Origin: Andalucia godoyi And28
Lineage: Eukaryota; Protista; Jakobida
Reading direction: 5' to 3'
Length of the DNA stretch: 64,000 nucleotides
Assembly: GCA_009859145.1 (NCBI GenBank)
Contig: VRVR01000020.1
Location: forward strand, 62,001-126,000
The notes below the pieces were generated by a model that saw only the letters and a list, made by a program, of their open reading frames with translations, did not search any database and was not told where the DNA came from. This document shows positions 31,301 through 42,126 of the stretch, piece by piece. The position numbers and the translations under genes were made by a program. Position 1 is the first letter of the stretch; each line of letters begins with the position of its first letter.

Positions 31301-31415
31301 GGTTCGTGCGGACAAGAGTGATGGGCTTGATGACCCGCATAGACGACCATTGATCCCGCGTGAAAAGGTGTGGCGTGATCCACACAGTGGGACATTTCAC
31401 GTATTTATTGAATAG
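28365..31415 (+). CDS. Leucine-rich repeat (RNI-like) protein fused to a CYLD-like USP (C19) deubiquitinase domain
   Basis: LRRs LRGLDLSCTGL, LTTLDLSYNPL, LRNLALVACYI, LVHVDLRHNSI. Cys box QFNNSCYIDSVFFCMF, QDATEFL, His box HSACHYVSIW, Asp box MIFDD. Confidence 0.8.
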   Translation: MSTPSPVTEIYLSQISDLSKYSNVVTSDTLVLSFDLNLDESVKKLDAFSETLVEEFVASLKFTSQSFRRLEIDNAWISGSFFPALQLAFLSSDDVFPKSLYLRNCCFDHAAAALEKLVPSFCIDESACSLRLLDCEDCNLVARHASLLLMNLAEAHSVPTATAADVAVRFSRVDCSDPEAAQLLFLMMKESNLKFRYLMFENCYFLPDVFPWLWKVWERDGRRPRDREDREDRDGDGDDTDGDATDDEREEERSSGCQFFDISFSKNPIGMPEIWSSFYESASKGNRVFHRLRGLDLSCTGLTQRSLHYLLSGLCLSGASASLTTLDLSYNPLDDASVKTLCDELSSRGSFSTSLRNLALVACYISPKSVARLLGLVASFECLVHVDLRHNSISAEDFRRVMSLVTSYISTMEPRTVAFSSLLTRERKSLPLVDFSQCFVPDSLQYVPESLQASLDFTFESAPHRFYERFCDDNYVFRDPESGKIVLDTSQLLKPQVDSSYGDDDDLIVDSPVGDDIRRQGAGVPVVDLDLAQAVASSEADALKSMSCRPKFVTNPAPSCFPVNCRQFNNSCYIDSVFFCMFYASGLFDSLLNDGVVINEVFRARSLLRRFVIDFRSGADVHAAREAFRDAVLGFPKALDLNWPPDGKRDEMQDATEFLQWFLRAFGYRPFRVRYRNENAVEPEFVLSVFQGWSQSDDVRDRGTSLQEFTSSTVEYLSKECAVPKILPIEAVRPEVRYAIEMNTSINLRLHDHNQEVVYRFHSCIVHSACHYVSIWRTDASPTGYMIFDDTAGENMQLRVIEPDSSFWTFVQQYAVLYFYTLSDSETSLHDMHVARSQKGSRKRHRRFHQHHRSHFVPRHSFTHQRGHPHFLPSQRIPTFEERTAATSSSDDMTISDNNLELPVRIREQVFHVIVPISGNEDVADVSTSVQRYIQDVLGQPHYEILRDIASAEELQDWTSDEEDDSEAAVQRDRAPAETVRADKSDGLDDPHRRPLIPREKVWRDPHSGTFHVFIE

Positions 31416-31540
31416 CGAATTTCGATGTAAATATAAATATATATATATATATACTGGTATTTTGTGCTTGCGAAATGTTCCCGCGGCGATGCACAGCAAG
31501 TTAGACATTCGCAAACAGCAGTATCCACAGCATGGCTGTA

Positions 31541-33712
31541 TCATGGAAGAACGATGCCCCCCGCCAGCTCGCCTCCTTTTTTCGTATCCGCCAGAGACAC
31601 CACAAGCGAAGCAAGGGTGTTTTCTGGTGAAGGAATAGGCGACGTAGATGGAATATCACGCTTGACAGTGAGCGATTCGTCATTGGGGTTTGCTGCGGAT
31701 TCGTCATTGGGGTTTGCTGCGGATTCCTCATATTGTCGTCGCGACCATTCAATGCGGTCCAAGATCGGGGCCGAGGATCCCAATGCAGAAGCGCTTCTTT
31801 CGTAGTAGATGATGGCTACTTCCGGGAGGAAACTTTTGGCACAATCTGGAAGCATGTGATACACAAGTGATTGGTCAACAGCCTTCCAGAACAGTGGGAT
31901 GTGGCCGGTCTTGATGGTGACATGAAACACTGCCATGAGCAGACGGAATGCAAAAGATCTTCTTGACATCCGGTGCGGCAATCTCTGGGTCACAATGCCA
32001 TGCGCAGGATCATCGCAGAACAACTTGAGTTGTGCAGCATCGGCCCGATCAAGGATGTTTCGCTTGAAATCACGGAATCGGAACTGTGCCATTGCGCTTT
32101 CGTTCGGAATCAGGCCAAATTCAACTGCAAGCTGAGCTTGCGTCAAAACCGTCATGGAAAAAGAAGGAGGGTATTCGCGATCATTCCTGACGGAAGACGG
32201 ATAATACGCAGCAGGCAACGGATCCGAGTTGTCGAGCCCATCAAGAAAATTCCGCAGTGCAACAAGATTGATTTCCACCTTTGGTCGCGGCGCATACGGC
32301 TCTATTCCTGCGGACTGAGTTGTTGCCAGAGAGTTTTGGTATCGCACATGCCCCGAAACAAATGCTGCCGATGTCCCATAGTTGTGGTAGGACCCACATC
32401 CCACGGAAGACCCAGCGGGTGAATGCAAGAGTTGATGCTGCAGATAACCATGATCATGATGATGATAATGAGGTTGGTAATGAGGGTGAGAATGAGGGTG
32501 AGAATGAGGGTGAGAATGAGGGTGAGAATGAGGGTGAGAATGAGGGTGAGAATGAGGATGATTCTGTTGTTCTGCATCCCGAGACGGCCTGCCATTGTCT
32601 ACCGTCCGTGCAAGTGAACAGATACAGTTCCCACTCGCGTTGTGTCGTCCCGCGACGAAATCGCGCTGGTGGCTACTGTTATGACACAAATCAGACAAAG
32701 GAGGCGACGAGGATGACGATGATGATGAAGAAGAAGCGTTGCTGGTACATCGGAGATAGTTACGGCATCGCATTTTCTTCGACGGATTGTCGTCGCAAGA
32801 CGAACATGGAGACGAAGAGTCATTTGAAAATGCTGAAGGAGCAGCAAAATCGCAGGTGATTGATGCACTCGTTCCGGATCCACGCAAGGCCATGTGATCT
32901 GGCGCTGGCCCAAACTGCAAATACATACTTGCGTGGGCCACACTTGGAAGCGGAGCACCAAACGACGGTCCTGATCTCACATTCGAAGACGGAAGACCTT
33001 GGTACTGGTCTGAATAGGGATGTGCTGGAAACGGGACAGATCCTTGAGGATGCGCAGGCAGTCCATTGAAGCCACTGTGACTCTGGCTGTGACTTGGAAG
33101 CTGGTTGTGCCCGTGTATGTGAAACATGCTCGAACCTCCCGGCATCCTTGAAGGACCGTCATATGCTGCAGGACCGAACGGTCCTTGATTCCTCCGATAG
33201 CTCCACTCTGGATTCACGCTGTATGTGCTTCCACCATCATTGCTGTAGCCATTCGCAGCATTCGAACTGCTGTTGTTTGAATAGTACGATGCAGAGAGAA
33301 CACTGTTCCCGCTCAGTTCGGTTGGGCAGTTGCTCGAACTTGCAAGCGAGGAGGTCGAACTCCTGTGATGAAAACTGTATGGGTGTGGGGGTGGAGGCGG
33401 CAGGGGTAATGGGAGTGGCGGCAGTGGCAGTGGCAGTGGCAGTGAGAGCGATGATGGCGGCGGAGGAAAAGACCTGGACTGGTGTTGCCCGTAAGGCGGT
33501 GCGTAGGAGGCGTGGGGATGGAGTACTGCCGCAGAGGGAGCATTCATAGATGACGATGACGACGACACGGTAGACAATGTGTTCGATGACGTGGAAGGTG
33601 ACGACGCAGATGCCGACGATGCAGTAGAAGGCGACGATTGAGAGGTGGAGAGAACAGGGTAGGAGCCATAAGCACTGGAACGAAACTCGGCATTTGGATA
33701 TATTGGATGCAT
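31541..33712 (-). CDS. Hypothetical protein (723 aa): S/P/H-rich low-complexity N-terminus plus a C-terminal domain shared with 18331-20178
   Basis: Long ORF; PHSH repeats; C-terminal FRFRDFKRNILD...PAH...RLPHRMSRR...PLFW. Confidence 0.8.
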   Translation of the reverse strand: MHPIYPNAEFRSSAYGSYPVLSTSQSSPSTASSASASSPSTSSNTLSTVSSSSSSMNAPSAAVLHPHASYAPPYGQHQSRSFPPPPSSLSLPLPLPLPPLPLPLPPPPPHPYSFHHRSSTSSLASSSNCPTELSGNSVLSASYYSNNSSSNAANGYSNDGGSTYSVNPEWSYRRNQGPFGPAAYDGPSRMPGGSSMFHIHGHNQLPSHSQSHSGFNGLPAHPQGSVPFPAHPYSDQYQGLPSSNVRSGPSFGAPLPSVAHASMYLQFGPAPDHMALRGSGTSASITCDFAAPSAFSNDSSSPCSSCDDNPSKKMRCRNYLRCTSNASSSSSSSSSSPPLSDLCHNSSHQRDFVAGRHNASGNCICSLARTVDNGRPSRDAEQQNHPHSHPHSHPHSHPHSHPHSHPHSHPHYQPHYHHHDHGYLQHQLLHSPAGSSVGCGSYHNYGTSAAFVSGHVRYQNSLATTQSAGIEPYAPRPKVEINLVALRNFLDGLDNSDPLPAAYYPSSVRNDREYPPSFSMTVLTQAQLAVEFGLIPNESAMAQFRFRDFKRNILDRADAAQLKLFCDDPAHGIVTQRLPHRMSRRSFAFRLLMAVFHVTIKTGHIPLFWKAVDQSLVYHMLPDCAKSFLPEVAIIYYERSASALGSSAPILDRIEWSRRQYEESAANPNDESAANPNDESLTVKRDIPSTSPIPSPENTLASLVVSLADTKKGGELAGGIVLP

Positions 33713-35531
33713 GTTGTGAGTTGGCCGTCAGAAAACAACGTCAAAAAAAAAAACCAAACCAAACCAAAACCAAAACCAAAAACCAGGAACAAACACTCTT
33801 GTTTTTCTTTCTTGGTTCGTTCGCAAGTACTTTAATTGCGGGGGGGATGTTGAAATGCCACGGATGTCAAAGATCGATGCAATTCGCGAAGGACAAGGAC
33901 CAGGAGAACACTGCGAAAGGAAAATATCGTGTCAGATTGAAGAGAAATCGCGGTTCGCCTATTTGGACACTGTGAAGCAAAAGGCTATTTTTGTCAGCTT
34001 CGGAATACCCGGAACAGAACGACTGATGTGGCAGATAGGTACGTAGAGCGGGGGAAGAGAGTCTGGAGCTTGGAGGAAACGAAGAACGGGGACGTGCAAG
34101 TACGGCGGCGGTGCTCGACTATGGAGACGCAGTGGGGGATTTCAATGTTGTTGTCTTTTTCAGAAAGGGGCTCAAAGGAGAACAATAGTGTGGTGGACGA
34201 CGAGAGGGTAAAGGTTGGTAAGGGGGAAAAGGGAGGGAAAAACCGACAGCAAGGAAGATGGGAGGCCTCGGCAGGCGGATAGGAAGAGAGAATGGCAGGG
34301 AGGACGGACGGTGGGAAGGGAAAGGAAGCAGGAGCAAGCAAAATGAATTCGCGAAGACCGTTCAGTCTATTTGCGTCTCACAAGCAAAATTATTTCGCGG
34401 CAAAAGAAGAAAAAGGTGGGGGCGTGGGGACCTTTGGAAGCTTCCTTCTGGTCGTTTCCCTTCCTCCTGTGCAAAAATAGCATGGAGACCTGGCACGCCG
34501 GGTGATAGTGAAGCGACGGCGGAGAGCAGACCGCTGGTGGGACAGTTGACTTCGTGACGCGTTGGGGAATGCCGGAGCACGATTGCTGACAAATCACTCA
34601 GGGATGTGCACGCGTTTGGCTGTGGAAGAAACGGAATTCGCCGCTTGAATCATATTGTTACCGGTGCTCCTCATACTCGTGGTTTATTTTTACTGTTTCC
34701 GCAGAGGATTCTGCTCTGATGTGTGGAACAAAGATGCTTGGACGATACCTTTCAGTCCGATCTTTCTTAGAACGCACATGCGAGCAAAGGAGGGAAAAAA
34801 AAACAGAGCGGAGTGTAATTTGTAGATCGAGATCTCCTAATCGGTCCACAACCTGCCTGAAACAGCAAGTCGAGGGACAAGCAGATAGCAGATCGCTGAG
34901 CGAACAGCTCGTAAACCGTTGCAGAGCTGGATTCCGCCACAGCGTCTGCTTTCCCACCCCCCTCCCCCCTACCCCCCCCCCCGCGCCCAACTCAGCGTCC
35001 TGGGTTCTTCAAATTTCGAGGACTGCAAAACTGCAGCAGGCAGAAGCAATATGGCTTTTCACGAGAACCTGGCGATTTCCTGGAACCGTGGGTGTCCAGC
35101 GTGATCTACACGCCGCTGTTGGATGTGCAGTGCGCATCTCCGTCTGCTTTCACCAACGAATGCAGCCCCGCTGGTGTCAATGTGCATGGACGCGGAGCTC
35201 GGGGATCCTTCGTCTACAAAGGGGGAAACGTTCACGTCTGCAAGAAACACAGAGCCAGAGGACAATGCGTCGAGTGGAATACGAAAAAAGAAGACTCCGA
35301 CGGCAGCCTCGACGGGAGGCTTTTCGTCTGTGGCGAGTCCACGTCGGCAATGTGTGAAGGAAGAAAGAAAGAAGAAAGAAAGAAAGAAAGACGGAGTGTT
35401 TTACGCGTGAAAGCGGAGGTGCTCACAACCGACAAGAGCGGTGGGTGGGACGATAAACCACACCCCTCTTGATTCTTCGTGCGCCTTATCGTGTGCGTGC
35501 CAAAGATGACCAACTCTGTCCTTTCTGTTGT

Positions 35532-37079
35532 CTATGCCTTGGGGCAATCCTTGACAAATGGGATGAAGTCGAATCCGCAGTATGGCCGGAGAACCTCGGG
35601 GATGACGATTCCTTCCTTCGTCTGGTTATTCTCGAGGATGCAGCAAATTGTTCTGGTGGTTGCACACAGCGTGGAATTGAGCATGTGAACATACTCCTTC
35701 TCTCCAGACGACTTCTTGGACAAGCCAAAGCGGGTGTTCAGACGGCGTGACTGGTAATCCGTGCAGTTCGAGCACGACACAAGCTCACGGTACGTTTGGG
35801 ATGCCGGGAACCATGCCTCGAGATCATACTTTCTGGCGGCGGCGTTGTTCAATGCACCTGACACAATGTTCACGACATGGTACGGAAGTCCGAGTGACTG
35901 GTTGAACTCTTCGGCGTTCTTGAGCATCTCTTCCTGCAGATCCCACGAGTCGTTTCCAGACGGCGCAGTGCAGCAGAACTGCTCAATCTTTTCAAACTGG
36001 TGCACACGGAAAATTCCCAGTGTATCTCTTCCATGCGATCCAACCTCCTTTCGGAAACATGTCGAGAAGCCGGCATATTTAAGCGGAAGAGTCTTCGGGT
36101 CAACCCACTCGTTACGGTGGAACGCGCAGATTGGCTGTTCCGACGTCGCAATGAGGTACTTGTCTTCTCCTTCGCCTGTGACCTTGTACAACTCATCGTC
36201 GAACTGCTCGAGCTGGGCGACCTCGGCCATAATGTTCTTCTGCATGAAGAACGGAGTGTACAGGGCTGTGTATCCCTTCTTTGCAAGGAAAAACATCGCA
36301 TACTGCACCAGTCCAAGATGCAGAAGCACGGCCTTGCCCTTCAAGAAATATCCTCGTGATCCGGCAACCTCAGCACCTTTAATCGTGTCGTATCCATCGA
36401 TCATCCACATCAAGTCAACGTGGTTGTGCAATTTGTGTCCCTCTGCGCTGATCGCGGCCTTTTTTTCTCCAAACACACGCTCCACCCGGTTGTCGTCTTC
36501 ATTGTTCGAAACCGGTACCGACTCGTGGACAATGTTTCCGATCGAAACAAGAGTCTTGTCGCGGCGATTCTCCAGTTCTTCCATTCGTGTCTTTGAATCT
36601 GCAAGTTCAGAATCGTACTGCTTCGAAAGCGCTGAAAGTTGCGGAATCGAAAGCGTCGCAATTCTCGCAGTAGCCTCCGGTGTGGAAAGCGCTGGGAAGT
36701 CCGCTGGAAGCGTTGCATCTCCCTCTTCGCTAAAACATCATAACAAATAAATCAAAGCAATCAAGCATAAGCATAAGCATAAGTAACAGAAGCCACCTCC
36801 AAGATTATTCGAGACAGTTTAGACATTTTAGAAAAACTCCATTAAAATAAATTCATATGAACACACATACGATGCCTTTTGCTTCTTGAGCGTCGCATAG
36901 GCCTTTCCAACAGCATTCTTCCCGCGGCCAAGGTTGTCCGTAAATGCTCGTTCGCGCCGCCATTCTTCGTCAAGCGCGATAACCGCGTCAATGACAGACT
37001 GGTCCTTGTAGCGACGACGCTGCGATTCACGAATCACAGCGAGTTTCGACGGGTCACGGAACAATGCAATGTCAAGCAT
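35532..37079 (-). CDS. SARS1: Cytosolic seryl-tRNA synthetase; 2 exons (36871-37079, 35532-36729)
   Basis: MLDIALFR...ESQRRRY; IGNIVHESVPVS; YLIATSEQP; motif 2 FRKEVGSHGRDTLGIFRVHQFEKIEQF; ELVSCSNCTDYQSRRL; motif 3 HMLNSTLCATTR. GTATGT...TAG phase-2 intron 36730-36870. Confidence 0.96.
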
Positions 37080-37739
37080 TTCTGGAAATCCCTCTCCTAA
37101 TTAATGGAATTAATTAGCTTTTAATTATTCTTTAAAAAAAAGTGGAAACTGAATAACCAACGCTATAACCAGCTGTCAATAGCGCTCGTTAGAAGGAAGA
37201 CGGGAAAAGATCGAAGCCGAAAAGAACGATTGCCAATTGCTCATTTGAGAGAAAGCAATTTCAATTCCAGATGCTCTGACAGCACTGACATTTTCCTTTC
37301 CCTGAGATGATGATGATGAAAACGAAAGGTCATTGAAGCGCGATGCTTCTACAACAGCCGGCGACATTTTTTGGATTTTTTTTTCTTTTTTCCCTTTACG
37401 TCTGGAGTTTGGACAGCCAGTTTTGCTAAGCCTCCTGCCCCGTCCCGCTCCCTCTTCGAACACAGGGGATTCTTCAGTGTCCCAACAGTAGCAGCAGCCT
37501 TTATTGCAAAGGCCTGCACTCGGCATGCATCCGATCAAGATGAGATTGACGGACACAAGATCGCAGCCGCTCTCACAATCGCCAGCGCTACTACGGTGGC
37601 CCAGACAACTATGCTTGCAACGACGCTTGGGTTGGTCGGGCAGCAGTGCATTTTTTTTCAGGTTCATAAAAGGATGCGGATGAACGACCGCCCGGTAGAC
37701 AAAGAAGGACCCTGCATTCATGATACATGTCTACGCTAC

Positions 37740-38267
37740 TTACACGACGTGATGGCTCGGCGGCACAATAAACTTCCTCGTAAGCGTGACTGGTTCGTCA
37801 TCGTCGGTCTCTTCGTCGTCCTCTTGTTCGCTACCGCCACTGGAATCGGAAACCGCGCGAAACGGATCGACAATGATTTCTTCAACGTCTTCGGCTCGAT
37901 CGGCCATCTCGGCAATGATTTGCTGCACATTCTCTGGATCGTCCTCAAAATCATCCACAAAAGTAGAAAATCGTGCAGTCGCTGAACCCATTAGAAAGTC
38001 TACGTGATCCAGTCCCGAGGGCAGGCGACAACGCCCTTCTTCCCCCGTCGCAAGCACCACCTCCTCCAATACGACCTGCATTCCCCCAATACCCGCACTC
38101 GCAGCATTAGCAGCAACAGCGCCAGCAACAATGCTCTCTTCATCATCCGCGGCATTTGGCAACGAGCCTGTCGCATTCGCAGTCGTAGTCATTACTGGTT
38201 CACGAAGCTCGGAACCAAAGATGAACATCGCTCGCAGCTCATCCTGCGACTGCTGACGGACCGCCAT
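37740..38267 (-). CDS. Hypothetical acidic protein (175 aa)
   Basis: ATG-initiated ORF with protein-like acidic composition; no family recognised. Confidence 0.4.
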   Translation of the reverse strand: MAVRQQSQDELRAMFIFGSELREPVMTTTANATGSLPNAADDEESIVAGAVAANAASAGIGGMQVVLEEVVLATGEEGRCRLPSGLDHVDFLMGSATARFSTFVDDFEDDPENVQQIIAEMADRAEDVEEIIVDPFRAVSDSSGGSEQEDDEETDDDEPVTLTRKFIVPPSHHVV

Positions 38268-38586
38268 TGAAAGAGGAGCCTCTCACTCTCTCTATCTAAT
38301 AATTTTATAAAAATTCCACTAAAAGTAGCTTTAATAGCCGTGAAATTCTGTTGAGATAGAGAGGAAACAATACCACACGAAAACGTAAACACACAAACCA
38401 ATAGAAGAGATTTTTTGTTACAGCAGGCAAGGAGGAAGAAACCCCCCGGGTTGAGGGCTTGAGGCTACATGCTCAGGGCTTTGGAACACTTGGTTTGGGT
38501 GATTGTTGTGGAGCCTTCGTCGTGCTTCATAGGTGGACCAACGGATGCGGATTAGGTTGGATTTCGACAAGTAAAGATTGGAATGA

Positions 38587-39459
38587 ATGAACATCCATGA
38601 ATCTGTTCTCTGGAGCACGCTGCAGCTGATGCGGCTTCCGAAAACAGCTGGCAATGACAATGACAATGACAGTGACGACGATGCGCTGAAGTCTCGTATT
38701 GAAAGGCTGTTGGATCGCGGACCGTGGAACAACAGCACGCTGAGTGCGTGGTTGAACGATGACCAATGCTCGGAATCGGATGATCGTAAGCACCTTAACA
38801 CGCGTACGCCTGCTAGAGCGATTGCGAATGTGTGCGATTCGCTCTCCGAGTGTCTTGCGCGTCTTAGAGTTCGAGGGTATGCAAAGGAGATGTACGCGGA
38901 AATTCAGCAAGTTCAGGCTCCCCCATCAAAACTACGAGTGTTTCTGAGGACTCTCACTTGTTGTCATCTGCCTCGTATGTGGAGCAAGATGGGACATGTT
39001 CCACGATACTGTTGTTTCTTTGTGGCCTCTCTGGCGGGAGTGCTGCTGACTGTGCACGCATATGATCGTGCGATGCGGTTTGTTGCTGTCGTTGTGCAGA
39101 TAAAACGACGTTCGATTGCTCCGTTTGGGTCATACTCGGACGCTTTGCAAGTACTGGCGATTGCTCCTCATGTTGATCATCCCAATGATGGTCGTGTGTT
39201 GACGCCCACGGACGCGGACAGAGGCAGGGACGCGTATGTGCTCAAGAATGACGTATTGGCGTCGAGGGATGTTGCGGCATTCAAAGAGCACGCCAGTCGT
39301 GAGTCTTTGGTCCAGAGCGACTTGCACACTGCAGAGAGAATCATGAGGAATTTGATGTTGCAGAGTGGTGGTCGGTCGTTGGAGCATCCTGTGTTTGAGA
39401 AGGCTGATGGACTTCCGCGTCATGCATACGTGACGACGCTAACCAAGCCAGCACTTTAA
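38587..39459 (+). CDS. Hypothetical protein (290 aa) with one probable TM segment
   Basis: ATG-initiated ORF; hydrophobic CCFFVASLAGVLLTVHAY. Confidence 0.55.
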   Translation: MNIHESVLWSTLQLMRLPKTAGNDNDNDSDDDALKSRIERLLDRGPWNNSTLSAWLNDDQCSESDDRKHLNTRTPARAIANVCDSLSECLARLRVRGYAKEMYAEIQQVQAPPSKLRVFLRTLTCCHLPRMWSKMGHVPRYCCFFVASLAGVLLTVHAYDRAMRFVAVVVQIKRRSIAPFGSYSDALQVLAIAPHVDHPNDGRVLTPTDADRGRDAYVLKNDVLASRDVAAFKEHASRESLVQSDLHTAERIMRNLMLQSGGRSLEHPVFEKADGLPRHAYVTTLTKPAL

Positions 39460-39636
39460 CCCAGTGCTCCCTTCGTTTTCTGCATCAATGCTTCTTTTTT
39501 GCTGTTCGTTGTTTCCCCCACCCACCCACCAAAAGACGGTTTTTCGTGTTTATGAAACCCGGATGATAATACATTTTGGTTGTGTAGGAAAGTCTGCAGG
39601 AAGCCAGAGCGCCACTCGGACTCGCTGGCTGGCATG

Positions 39637-40455
39637 TCATGAGCTAACAGATATTTGGCATTGGAATGATGACGTCCTTCTAGAGACGCTGTGACGACGA
39701 ACACATGATGGCTGTGCGTCACCATGCTGCGCTCTGTGGGCCGTTTGTGAAGGACTGACCGAGCGAGTTGTCGGAGACTGTGGACTCGAACGAGCGTGCT
39801 TTGGACTAATCTCATGGTCAGTTGGCTCGTCGCCGCAAACATCATTCTCTGCGTTCTCTTGTTTGAAGAGCATGTGGCGACCACTCCGAATCACTCCTGG
39901 TGTGTCCGATCGAACGGGAGAACGCTGCGGAGATGCCGCTCCTGTCTGATTGGTGCCGTCAGCAATAAAATCCCATGTATGAGGGCTGGGGCTTCCAACC
40001 GGACTGTGGACAATCGTCAGCTCCTGAGAGCCCGGGGTTTGTACAGTGATCAGCATGTCAACCGGTCTGTTGTGCTGTGAATTGGTGCGGCGGCGACGAT
40101 CATTAATTGTCGGACGTCTTGCAAAGTTGCGCGATGTTCTTCCCTCCACGTCGTCAAGCATCGATTTGGAACGGGAATGACCCCGGTGCAAGTTCGACGA
40201 ACTGCCGCGAAAAGAACCGCTACGAGAAAGCGCCGCGGTGCCCCACACCTCTTCTCCCGTACCTGCAGCGCAAGGGCTGGTTGACCACCTTGGAGAGGCA
40301 CAGGGACTGTTATGGAACGATCCAGAGCCTCGAGGGGATCGCGGTGACGGGCTCATTTGAGATCGGCTGGGACTGCGACCAAGCTGGGAACGAGAACCTC
40401 GTTGGGATGGCGCGACGTTGCGCGATTGCGCAGAAGTTGATGCACACGAGCCCAT
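39637..40455 (-). CDS. Hypothetical Ser/Pro/Arg-rich disordered protein starting with myristoylation-type motif MGSCAS
   Basis: ATG at 40455 gives MGSCxS; many SP sites. Confidence 0.5.
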   Translation of the reverse strand: MGSCASTSAQSRNVAPSQRGSRSQLGRSPSRSQMSPSPRSPRGSGSFHNSPCASPRWSTSPCAAGTGEEVWGTAALSRSGSFRGSSSNLHRGHSRSKSMLDDVEGRTSRNFARRPTINDRRRRTNSQHNRPVDMLITVQTPGSQELTIVHSPVGSPSPHTWDFIADGTNQTGAASPQRSPVRSDTPGVIRSGRHMLFKQENAENDVCGDEPTDHEISPKHARSSPQSPTTRSVSPSQTAHRAQHGDAQPSCVRRHSVSRRTSSFQCQISVSS

Positions 40456-41543
40456 CCTTTTTGCACGGACCCTTTGTTCAGGAACTTTGGTTGTGGAACG
40501 ACGGAAGACAGAAAGATATGCACAGCGCAACAAAAAAGAAGAAGAAGGGGTTTGACCCAACGGTGTTCTTCTGGCTCCAGGGGCTGGCACGGCGGACAGG
40601 GGGGGAGGAAAGAGGGTGTTTGAAAATTCAAAAGGGTACACACACCAGCACACGACCCTTGCGGGTACGCGCACCGGACCTTGTATGGAGAACGATCGCC
40701 CATCAACTGCACTGGAGGATCCTCCCCCACAAATGGTTCCTCCTTTGACAAGCACTGTCGCAAAGTTCTGCGCAACGAACCTTCCGATCGCACCAGATCA
40801 ATACGACGCAGTACTCAAAACGTCGCTTGTTCATGCCATCACATCTCGGTACACACGCAAATGGGCAGCACACTGGCTCCTCGACTGCTTGGCAGCTCGC
40901 ATCGATCGGATCTCCAAAATCCTCGCCGTGCGCGGATCTCTTCCCCTTTGCACCCACACACATCTTGGACTCTGCTCCCACAGGCCAGCTAATCTTTCAA
41001 AAGCCCCATCAAAATGTGATGCACGAAAATGAGCTGCGCCCTTTTTGTCTCCTTGCCTCCTTGCAGGTGTTTGACAAGCAAAAAAATCCAATGATAAAGC
41101 CTTTTGCTTTCGAATCCTGTGAAACGCTCGTGCCAGGCAAGAATCGCTTCTATCGAGGCCTTAAAAAGACAAGAAAAGTCGAAATTTTTGTGATCTTCAC
41201 AGCCCCGACGATCATCGAAATGAGGAAGGTTGGATACAGTAAAACATGTATGTTCTCATTCTGGTGATTGCCAACCTGCGTTGCACAACGTTTACTGCAA
41301 AAGAAGCCACAGCAGATGTACAATACAAAATAGAAAAGAAAAGACGGTGCCGCGGACTCTCACCCTGATTATTATTTTTTTCATGTGGGAATCTCGCAGA
41401 CGTTATGAAAAAGAAACAAAACGACGAAGAATGCCAGTAAATTTTTTACGATGACGATATATCAACACAAGAAGACGATGGAGGTGGAGGGAAAGAATAC
41501 ATGAAGATCTGTTCAGGACGGCAGCAAGCAGCAACAATGACCA

Positions 41544-41885
41544 TTATGAGCTCCATCGATGACTGCATTTGCAGCAAACAAAGAAGATTGCAAGTGCTTC
41601 TGCCGCCGGACCGCCCGAAGACTTGAAACACACGGCGTCCTTTGCGCCGCAGTTTGGACAAGGCTCCGTTTGGGTGCGCGGAAGTGTCGGGTCCGATGCT
41701 GGGTCGTACAAAATAACCGTCTTCTCCGACTCTTCGTGCATAATGCGATTATTGTAGACTATGTTGTTCACAGCCGGAGTCACATAAGGACACACGTGAC
41801 ATACCAGCATCAGACGCTGGCGCTGGACATCTTCTTGTGGAAACAACATATTGCTGCATTCTGCACAAAAGCGGATCGTTGACAT
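41544..41885 (-). CDS. POLR2I: RNA polymerase II subunit RPB9
   Basis: Two zinc ribbons FCAECSNMLFP...CHVC and CPNCG...FVCCKC, linked by DPTLPRT. Confidence 0.93.
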   Translation of the reverse strand: MSTIRFCAECSNMLFPQEDVQRQRLMLVCHVCPYVTPAVNNIVYNNRIMHEESEKTVILYDPASDPTLPRTQTEPCPNCGAKDAVCFKSSGGPAAEALAIFFVCCKCSHRWSS

Positions 41886-42126
41886 TCCTCCTTCCCCACA
41901 ATATGGTATCGACTAGTGAACTCTTCTTTCTTCCTTCTTCTTTAAACAATGGAAACGTCCTGAAAAGAAAAAGAAATTTATTATTACGTTTTTGAATGGA
42001 AAATGCGGACTACGGTAGGAATTTATGATGATTGTGAGCTGCGACGCGGGGGGGGGGGGGGGGGGGAACTGAACAGGTGTTGGAACAACTGCAAGAACGG
42101 TATGCGGTGTTCCGGGTATTATTGCC

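Noticed and set aside
33850-35500. Short ORFs upstream of the 31.5-kb paralog, and those at 50300-51300
   Set aside because: No consistent frame, splice structure or recognisable domain.
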